From: a virus
Taxonomy: Duplodnaviria > Caudoviricetes
IMG/VR virus record: IMGVR_UViG_3300027679_000366
Span: 21,854 to 85,853 of that record
Reading direction: 5' to 3' (one strand)
DNA length: 64,000 bases
Both the position numbers and the translations under genes were made by a program. The notes beneath the pieces were generated by a model. It was not told the DNA's origin and did no database searches. It saw only the letters and a list, made by a program, of their open reading frames with translations. This document shows positions 63,775-64,000 of this stretch, piece by piece (the stretch's first letter is position 1; each line of letters begins with the position of its first letter).

Positions 63775-64000
63775 GTTATTCGTCCCTGAGTTGTTTTGAT
63801 TTCAGCATCAATACAAGTACCTTCCAAAATGGTTATTTCACCTTTGGTGCCTTGTTTCTCTGCTTCTTTAACCAAATTTCGCATATGCTGTTTTTGCATG
63901 TCCAAACTGGCTACACATTGAGCTTCATTTTTGTAGTGTGTTTTGCCCTGCATAAATTCACAGTTGCCGTTAAGGCAAATAAACAGCACAGGTATAAAGA
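63771..64000 (-). CDS. small Cys-containing exported protein (5' truncated)
   Basis: VLFIC...C.F.......C...C pattern. Confidence 0.45.
   Translation of the reverse strand, partial: FIPVLFICLNGNCEFMQGKTHYKNEAQCVASLDMQKQHMRNLVKEAEKQGTKGEITILEGTCIDAEIKTTQGRIT

Noticed and set aside
1-64000. Alternative genetic code
   Set aside because: Known genes are full length and TAA, TGA and TAG all act as stops.
1-64000. Bacterial chromosome interpretation
   Set aside because: Host-like genes lack their usual operon partners (no dnaJ/grpE, iscS, clpA) and are mixed with virion genes and T4-like late promoters.
1-64000. tRNA or rRNA genes
   Set aside because: No cloverleaf with T-loop and CCA features noticed in the short intergenic regions; tRNAscan-SE would be needed to exclude them.

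Overview
The window reads as part of a large, T4-distant lytic phage (jumbo/bS21-encoding type), not a bacterial chromosome. It is gene-dense, uses standard stop codons, and has near-consensus sigma70 promoters plus a recurrent T4-late-like TAAATA promoter. Host-like genes include rpsU/bS21, dnaK, hsp20, clpS, hemO-pcyX, hemA, iscU-iscA, nrdAB-grx, an ADP-heptose cluster, speD and yqgE. IscU/IscA/DnaK and some small ORFs look betaproteobacterial (inference). Bases 1-5016 and 11138-~16150 are two diverged, inverted copies of one block (bS21-exonuclease-MazG-dnaK-hsp20-clpS-hemO-pcyX). This is either a chimeric join of two related phages or a real old duplication, and it gives a built-in covariation comparison. 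The most notable unannotated signals are: (1) about 14 unrelated late proteins sharing an N-terminal M[KRQ]hx[DE][FIL]...E tag resembling the T4 capsid-targeting sequence, suggesting a large head-packaged enzyme cargo; (2) ROSE-like RNA thermometers with compensatory changes in front of all four dnaK/hsp20 copies; (3) two likely programmed -1 frameshifts at S-K-K-K (A_AAA_AAG) that fuse start-less downstream ORFs; (4) many apparently leaderless late genes in a bS21-carrying phage; (5) ALA synthase plus heme-to-bilin enzymes. All functional calls come from motif recognition by eye; no database searches were run.
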